From the NCBI GenBank assembly GCA_036918135.1, contig JBALDB010000011.1:232487-296486 (forward strand): a stretch of DNA of 64,000 nucleotides, read 5' to 3'. This DNA comes from Nostoc sp. Its GTDB lineage: Bacteria > Cyanobacteriota > Cyanobacteriia > Cyanobacteriales > Nostocaceae. Both the position numbers and the translations under genes were made by a program. The notes below the pieces were generated by a model. It saw only the letters and a list, made by a program, of their open reading frames with translations, searched no databases and was not told the DNA's origin. This document shows positions 58,439 through 64,000 of the stretch, one piece after another; position 1 is the stretch's first letter; the number at the start of each line of letters is the position of its first letter.

Positions 58439-60643
58439 TTAAACCATCGCATGAACTTTTACCCTGAGAGGAACCTGAATGATAAACTCGGTTCCTTTTC
58501 CAAAAGTTGAAAAGCACTCCAGTTTGCCGCCATGTTTTTGTGTGATAATTTGGTAGCTAATAGACATACCCATTCCGGTTCCTTTACCAATGGGTTTGGT
58601 GGTGAAAAAGGGATCGAATATTCGTTGCTGAAATTCTTGGGAAATACCGACTCCGTTATCGGCGATCGCCACTTCTACCGACGTTGAATTCACGACTGAT
58701 GTACGAATTGTAATTTGACTGGGATTGTCCTCAATATCCCGATGGGTACGTTTGGTATAACTTTCTTCTAACGCATCAATGGCATTTACTAAAATATTCA
58801 TAAACACTTGATTGAGTTGTCCAGCATAGCATTCGACTGGAGGTACAGTACCGTAGTTTTTGATTACCTTAATTTCAGTTTGTTCTCCTTTAGCTTTGAG
58901 GCGGTGTTGCAGAATCATCAAAGTACTGTCGATGCCCTGATGAATATCGACACTTTTAAATTCTGCTTCGTCGATGCGGGAAAAGTTCCGTAGCGACAAG
59001 ACAATTTGGCGAATGCGATCGGTGCCTACTTTCATGGAAGACAACAATTTTGGCAAGTCTGACTGCAAAAACTCAAAATCTATATCTTCAGCAGCAATTT
59101 GAATTTCTGGATGGGGGTTAGGATCGTGCTGCTGATATAATTGCACAAATGCTAATAAATTCTGAGTATATTCCTGGACATGGGTGAGGTTGCCATGAAT
59201 AAAGTTGACTGGATTATTAATTTCGTGTGCGACTCCAGCAACTAGTTGTCCCAGACTTGACATTTTTTCACTTTGAATAACTTGAGATTGAGTGCGTTGC
59301 AATTCCTCTAATGTATTTTTGAGTTCAGTAGTACGTTCTTGTACCCGATCTTCTAATTCTTGCTTACTTTTTTCTAGCGCTGTAAACGATTCGTACAGTT
59401 GTCCTGCCATGTAGTTAAAAGAGTTAGACAAGGTATTAAGTTCTTGAATGCGGCTAGTTTCTACTGTCTGAGCTTGAGCTAAATTACCAGATGCCATCGC
59501 CTTACTTGCCCAATTCAGGCGCAGAATCGGGCGTACAATCCAATGGGAGGTAAACAAGCCCATCACCGAGGCAACGACTAATGCACCAAAACAAAGGGCG
59601 AGCGTGGTCTGCGTATTAGCGTTAATTTGTGCCATGAATGTGTTTTCTGGCACACTCACCACCAGCAACCAATCCAAGCCATATTTGTCATGCCAAGGTA
59701 CAACATCAACAAAATATCGTTTTCCTTGGATTTCAAGCTGAAAATCTGTGTCTTGAGCGATGGAGTCAAACCCTTTAAAAGTTTGCAGGTGTCTGACAAC
59801 CTTCTGTATTATTGGGTCAGAGCTGTCGCTCGCCTGCAATCTTTTAACCTTTCGATTAACGAAGGTAAAGGGCTTTTCAGTGCCGGAAGTAGCGATTAAT
59901 GTGCCATCACGTTCTAAAAGGAACACCCGCCCAGACTGACTAATATTCAAATTGCGTAAAAAATCGCTTAGTTTCAAGAGATGAATATCACAGGCAATCA
60001 TTCCCAGCAAGCGATTTTGCGAATCATAAATTGCACGACTAGCAGAGGCGGCGATGTAGGGGCCAGTGGGATAATCTCCAGTCACAATCTTTGCCCAAAT
60101 GGGTTTACCAGCAGCGACAGGTTGGGTATACCAAGATTCTTGAGAATTTTCCCAATTCCACCGAGCATTGATTTGAGTTCGATCGCCTCGGTCGTCGGTC
60201 GCGTAAGTGTAAACATTATTGGGAGGTTTGGCAGTCCAATCATCAATGGTGATTGTCTTGCCATCATAACGAGCTGCACCTAGCCCCTCACCCGTTGTTA
60301 GTCCCATACCAATATAAGTCAGGTCATAGGCGTGCATCTGATCCCAGAAATACTTGCCAAGGGTTTGGCGATCGCGGACATTTAATATTCCCCTGTGGAT
60401 AGCATCTGCGTTGATCTGATTCAGGGTTTGCGGAACAGAAAGATAAGATTTAAGGTGTTCGTCCACTACGTCCCTGTTACGATCTATCAACTGTTCTGCC
60501 AGGTTATTAACTGCTCTTTGTCCATTCTTAAAGGACAAATAACCGACTAAACTGACAGCTGCAAAAATTTGAATAACGAAGGGAACAACAAGAACAATTT
60601 GTAATGGGAACGCCTTAGCTTTGCTAAAATAGTGACTTTTCAT
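58439..60643 (-). CDS. Cache-HAMP sensor histidine kinase
   Basis: Two TMs, VAHEINNP, NILVNAIDA, DPFFTTK, GTGMGMS; start uncertain (60643 or 60733). Confidence 0.92.
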   Translation of the reverse strand: MKSHYFSKAKAFPLQIVLVVPFVIQIFAAVSLVGYLSFKNGQRAVNNLAEQLIDRNRDVVDEHLKSYLSVPQTLNQINADAIHRGILNVRDRQTLGKYFWDQMHAYDLTYIGMGLTTGEGLGAARYDGKTITIDDWTAKPPNNVYTYATDDRGDRTQINARWNWENSQESWYTQPVAAGKPIWAKIVTGDYPTGPYIAASASRAIYDSQNRLLGMIACDIHLLKLSDFLRNLNISQSGRVFLLERDGTLIATSGTEKPFTFVNRKVKRLQASDSSDPIIQKVVRHLQTFKGFDSIAQDTDFQLEIQGKRYFVDVVPWHDKYGLDWLLVVSVPENTFMAQINANTQTTLALCFGALVVASVMGLFTSHWIVRPILRLNWASKAMASGNLAQAQTVETSRIQELNTLSNSFNYMAGQLYESFTALEKSKQELEDRVQERTTELKNTLEELQRTQSQVIQSEKMSSLGQLVAGVAHEINNPVNFIHGNLTHVQEYTQNLLAFVQLYQQHDPNPHPEIQIAAEDIDFEFLQSDLPKLLSSMKVGTDRIRQIVLSLRNFSRIDEAEFKSVDIHQGIDSTLMILQHRLKAKGEQTEIKVIKNYGTVPPVECYAGQLNQVFMNILVNAIDALEESYTKRTHRDIEDNPSQITIRTSVVNSTSVEVAIADNGVGISQEFQQRIFDPFFTTKPIGKGTGMGMSISYQIITQKHGGKLECFSTFGKGTEFIIQVPLRVKVHAMV

Positions 60644-60921
60644 TACTGGAAACTGTAAGTTAATGCTTATTTGATTTACTTCTATAGTTCCCAAGATGCC
60701 CAGATACTCATCTTTGTTTAAGTTTTTTGTCAAGTCAGAGGCAGCTATGGGTGCGTTGCGCTACACGACAACACACCTTACCAGCTACATGGTATTTCTT
60801 TCTAAGATACTTATGATTGATTAGTGGGTTGTGCTGCACGACTACTAACAGATAAATATTTTGTTGGATAAAACAGTATCGCAATTATTTAGACTTGACA
60901 TTTTGAGTAATAGCGCCCATC

Positions 60922-61347
60922 CTAACTGGTCACTGCTGGTTTGTTTCCATTTTTGCCCTCTACACTGGCAACAAACTCAGGTTGCTCAGTACTAAGAATT
61001 GGCGATTCGCCTCGCAGTCCCTTACGACGTTGGTTTTTAGGAACTCCTCCTGCCATGCCATACTCTACACTGCTTTTGCCATATCGAGTCCCAACTGCCA
61101 TGAGCATGTGTTCTGTCATATCTCCCAACTCGTCTTCTGTTTGGAGCATTTCACGATACAATTTATCCAAGTTGGAAAGGGCAGTGTTGTAGGCATTTTC
61201 TCTAGTTCGCATTTTCTCGATCAGGGTTGAGAAGGCAGGTAAGGTGAGTCCATTACCTAAATCTAAGTTTGGAGCAATTGAGTTGATGCCAGCTGCACGA
61301 CGCACTGCTCTTTCTAACACTATGGAAGTTCTTTTTCTACGAGCCAT
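60922..61347 (-). CDS. Small basic helical hypothetical protein, paralog B
   Basis: LDLGNGL, RYGKSSVEYGMAGG. Confidence 0.85.
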   Translation of the reverse strand: MARRKRTSIVLERAVRRAAGINSIAPNLDLGNGLTLPAFSTLIEKMRTRENAYNTALSNLDKLYREMLQTEDELGDMTEHMLMAVGTRYGKSSVEYGMAGGVPKNQRRKGLRGESPILSTEQPEFVASVEGKNGNKPAVTS

Positions 61348-61498
61348 AATCTACACCTGATAATTCAGTACGGTTAATATTCTTTACCTTAATAAACTGA
61401 CGTATAGATTAGCCTGAGAGAATTTCGGCAAATCTGCAATAGCTTTTGCTACAAGCGCGATATTTATCATGAATGCGCGAACTACTGAAATGAGGAAG

Positions 61499-61722
61499 CA
61501 AACTGGGGTTTGAGAAAGTCAAAGCTGATTTTGCTTGCGGAAAACACCAAAATCAGAAAGCAAACTGGGGTTTGAGAAAGTCAAAGCTGATTTTGCTTGC
61601 GGAAAACACCAAAATCAGAAAACAAACTGGGGTTTGAGAAAGTCAAAGCTGATTTTGCTTGCGGAAAACACCAAAATGAGTAAGTCAAAAGGCATTTTGA
61701 GAAAGTAAAAGCTCATTTTGCT
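61499..61722. repeat. 62-bp higher-order repeat x3 (21+21+20 subunits) plus degenerate 21-mers
   Basis: caaactggggtttgagaaagt at 61499, 61561, 61623. Confidence 0.93.
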
Positions 61723-61764
61723 AACTAAATTTGGCTTTTTGTATATTTTTGGGCTGTAATGACC

Positions 61765-61800
61765 TACGACCCAGTGAATGAGGTGATTGTGCAATGGATA
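61765..61800 (+). pseudogene. xisH: 3' remnant of xisH
   Basis: YDPVNEVIVQW matches YDPNDEVIVQW of first copy and overlaps xisI start identically. Confidence 0.7.
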
Positions 61801-62126
61801 AAATACCTAAGTATCAAGAGTATATTCAGACTTTGCTTACTCGTTATACCAGTGACGATTCAGATGATCGGGTCGAGGCTCAACTCATCTTCGATACAGA
61901 GCGAGATCGTTATCAGTGGATGAATGTGGGTTGGCAAGAATTCGATCGCATTTATCGATGTGTCATCCATTTTGACATTAAAAACGGAAAAATATGGCTT
62001 CAGCAGAACTTAACAGATCGGAATCCTGCTGAGGAGTTAGTCAAGATGGGTGTTCCCAAGGACGACATCGTTTTGGGATTGCAGCCACCGTATAAAAGGC
62101 AGTACACAGATTACGGCGTTGCTTAA
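61794..62126 (+). CDS. xisI: XisI-family protein, second copy
   Basis: IFDTERDRYQ, HFDIKNGKIWLQ, YGVA. Confidence 0.9.
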   Translation: MDKIPKYQEYIQTLLTRYTSDDSDDRVEAQLIFDTERDRYQWMNVGWQEFDRIYRCVIHFDIKNGKIWLQQNLTDRNPAEELVKMGVPKDDIVLGLQPPYKRQYTDYGVA

Positions 62127-62272
62127 AGAGTTAGTCATATATGCGGGGGCACGTTGTCGTCCACGCAACACGCCCGTCTTATACTAACAATTTGATAATA
62201 TTAACAAAGTGAGCGATCGCTTAGTTTGAGTTGTAGGCAATCGCCCTCTTCAGCAAATAAAGCAAAAACATT

Positions 62273-62851
62273 ATGGCAAAGCGTAAGAAAAGCAATCTCC
62301 AGTGGATTAAAGAAACGCTTGAACTAAAACCCGACCATCGCTGGGAATCTCCATCAGGCTATAAGATTTTTGTCGCAGATCGGGGGGCTGTTCGCTTCAA
62401 TGTTCCCCAAAATTGGGTTTTTGAGCCACAAGAAAAATCCTTCAAGTTTCTCGATAAAAAACCACCCAACGATGATTGCTGTCTAGAAGTATCTTTCAAT
62501 CGTCTACCACCGAATGACTGGAGCCAGTTTCCCCTCAAATCCACGTTAAAGAAAGTCATGGAAGACGACAGTCGCAACGTCATTGAGAGAGGAGAAATTA
62601 TTACCGTCAAGCGTCAAACTGCCAGAATTGTCTGGACACAGATCAAGTTCATTGATACTCAAGAAGAACCACGAGAAGCTTTTTCGCGGACTTGCATTGG
62701 TTTGGGATCGAATGTTCAGTGCTTAATTACATTCGATTATTGGGCAGATCAAGCAGAACAACTAATACCCATTTGGGATGAAGCAATACGTAGTCTCACA
62801 TTAGGGTTGTATATCCGTGACCCGATGACTGGTCTAGCTTTCCCAGACTGA
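62273..62851 (+). CDS. Hypothetical protein
   Basis: 192-aa ORF, function not recognised. Confidence 0.8.
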   Translation: MAKRKKSNLQWIKETLELKPDHRWESPSGYKIFVADRGAVRFNVPQNWVFEPQEKSFKFLDKKPPNDDCCLEVSFNRLPPNDWSQFPLKSTLKKVMEDDSRNVIERGEIITVKRQTARIVWTQIKFIDTQEEPREAFSRTCIGLGSNVQCLITFDYWADQAEQLIPIWDEAIRSLTLGLYIRDPMTGLAFPD

Positions 62852-62975
62852 GCCACAAAAATGAATTGTGAGTAGAAGTCAAATTCAGGCAACGTATAAG
62901 ACGGTCGTGGTTGCAGCACCTGACAATTTCCATGTGCTAAATTTGGAACGGGATAGTAACTAAAGTCACAAAGCT

Positions 62976-63055
62976 ATAGTTTAGGTTTTATATGCCTGAC
63001 TGGTGCGCCAACCTTTGGTATGAGCGTATATCGCCGAGTACTTGAAACTATACCA
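62976..63055 (+). ncRNA. tRNA-sized RNA with closing stem and 3' ACCA but no canonical D/T arms
   Basis: ATAGTTT...AAACTAT-A-CCA, 2 nt before first tRNA. Confidence 0.35.
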
Positions 63056-63057
63056 TC

Positions 63058-63133
63058 GTTTGATTAGCTCAGTTGGCAGAGCGATCGATTCATAATCGAT
63101 GTGTCACAGGTTCGAGTCCTGTATCAAACCCCA
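63058..63133 (+). tRNA. tRNA with CAT anticodon (Met or Ile2), encoded CCA
   Basis: GTTTGAT/ATCAAAC, GCTC/GAGC, ATCGA-TTCATAA-TCGAT, ACAGG-TTCGAGT-CCTGT. Confidence 0.88.
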
Positions 63134-63134
63134 G

Positions 63135-63209
63135 AGGAAGTTAGCTCACTGGAAGAGCAATCGACTCATAATCGATGTGTTGTAGGTTCGATTCCTATAC
63201 TTTCCACCA
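63135..63209 (+). tRNA. tRNA with CAT anticodon, imperfect acceptor stem, encoded CCA
   Basis: AGGAAGT/ACTTTCC, GCTC/GAGC, ATCGA-CTCATAA-TCGAT, GTAGG-TTCGATT-CCTAT. Confidence 0.8.
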
Positions 63210-63210
63210 A

Positions 63211-63299
63211 CCCTGTCCGGGTCAAAAGACACTACCCTTTTAAGGTAGCCAATATGGTACGGGAGAAATCCCAAAGCGGTTCGAGTCCGTCATTTTCCA
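63211..63299 (+). pseudogene. Degenerate or mosaic tRNA-like unit
   Basis: CTACC-CTTTTAA-GGTAG arm, GGGA-GAAA-TCCC hairpin, GCGG-TTCGAGT-CCGT T arm, 3' CCA; no acceptor pairing. Confidence 0.5.
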
Positions 63300-63478
63300 A
63301 ACTCTGCGGTGCAAGTGTTCTGCTGTCGCTGATTACTTGTAATCTTCGGTAGCTACAGTCAAGGAGCTAGCGCAACTGCATTTCTCCCTAACTTGAGTAT
63401 GTCCCTTCGTTTCTGACATCTAGTTTTCCTCCAGGGATTCTAGATTGGCAGCCGAACGGTATATTTGAGCGCAGTTTT
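63300..63478 (+). ncRNA. Putative retron msr-msd ncRNA
   Basis: Long imperfect terminal inverted repeat enclosing several hairpins, upstream of RT gene. Confidence 0.5.
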
Positions 63479-63606
63479 CTTTCTCTAGATTGCTATTAAG
63501 CAGTCTTTTGAAAAGTAACAGCAATCTTAATCCAGTTTTGGAGAAGCTTTTGCCCGCGCCTCAACTGTAAACACCTGCATTAGCAGAGTAAAAAATCTTT
63601 TGTAGT

Positions 63607-63918
63607 ATGTACAGTACAAATCTAACTGCTACCCCATTAGCGACTGAAAATAATCTAGAAAAATTGCAAACTGATAATTCGGCACTTTTGCGATCGCACG
63701 GTTTACCTGAATATAATACTCCCGAAGAAATAGCCTTTGCAATGGGAATAAGCTTAGGAAAACTGCGCTTTTTGACAACTAGCCATCCTACATCCCCAAA
63801 TAGACATTACATCCACTTCAAAATTTCAAAAAAGACAGGGAAAGAAAGAATTATTTCTGCACCAAAGCCCAATCTCAAGGCTGCTCAAAAGTGGATTTTA
63901 GAGAATATTTTAACGTGA
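63607..63918 (+). pseudogene. N-terminal part of a retron-type reverse transcriptase, interrupted
   Basis: HYIHFKISKKTGKERIISAPKPNLKAAQKWILENIL is a retron-RT N-terminal signature; homology stops at ~63912. Confidence 0.8.
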
Positions 63919-64000
63919 GTTCGACGGTGAAAAAAAGGCAAAAAGCTTGCTATGCCTGAATTTGTACAACTGGGTAAGCAGTAGGCGATCGCTATAATTA
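63912..64000. mobile_element. Probable end of an inserted element (IS-like)
   Basis: Abrupt loss of RT homology in all frames at aacgtgagttcgacgg. Confidence 0.4.

Larger units (their letters stand above)
51429..64000. mobile_element. nifD excision element (distal end beyond window)
   Basis: Split nifD, 11-bp site, adjacent xisA; 5' nifD not in window. Confidence 0.9.

Noticed and set aside
61499..61722. CRISPR or known guide-RNA array
   Set aside because: The 62-bp unit repeats nearly identically, with no unique spacers and no recognisable effector.
63101..63352. 83-aa ORF
   Set aside because: Overlaps the tRNA genes.
63914..64000. Group II intron 5' end
   Set aside because: GTGAG does not match GUGYG, and the RT fragment looks retron-like.

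Overview
64 kb from a heterocyst-forming cyanobacterium (Nostocales-like: abundant HIP1 GCGATCGC, 7-bp STRR repeats, nifD excision element). About 1-51 kb is a nitrogen-fixation supercluster: cnfR/patB, nif ferredoxin III, coxBAC, cysK, hypFCDEAB with accessory genes, uninterrupted hupSL, an IS5 element, hupW, mop and nifKENXW-hesAB-fdxH. nifD is cut at the 11-bp site GGATTACTCCG (51429-51439) by an xisA element that runs past the window end (>12.5 kb). Element cargo: a PIN toxin-antitoxin pair, xisH/xisI copies, two inverted modules each made of a ~20-bp tandem array plus a paralogous small basic protein, metabolic and signalling genes, and a CCA-terminated tRNA/tRNA-like array abutting a putative retron ncRNA and an interrupted reverse transcriptase. 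The last two are the most novel-looking. Several pseudogenes arise from point mutations or tiny mobile repeats. All calls are from reading the sequence and recalled family features; no searches were run.
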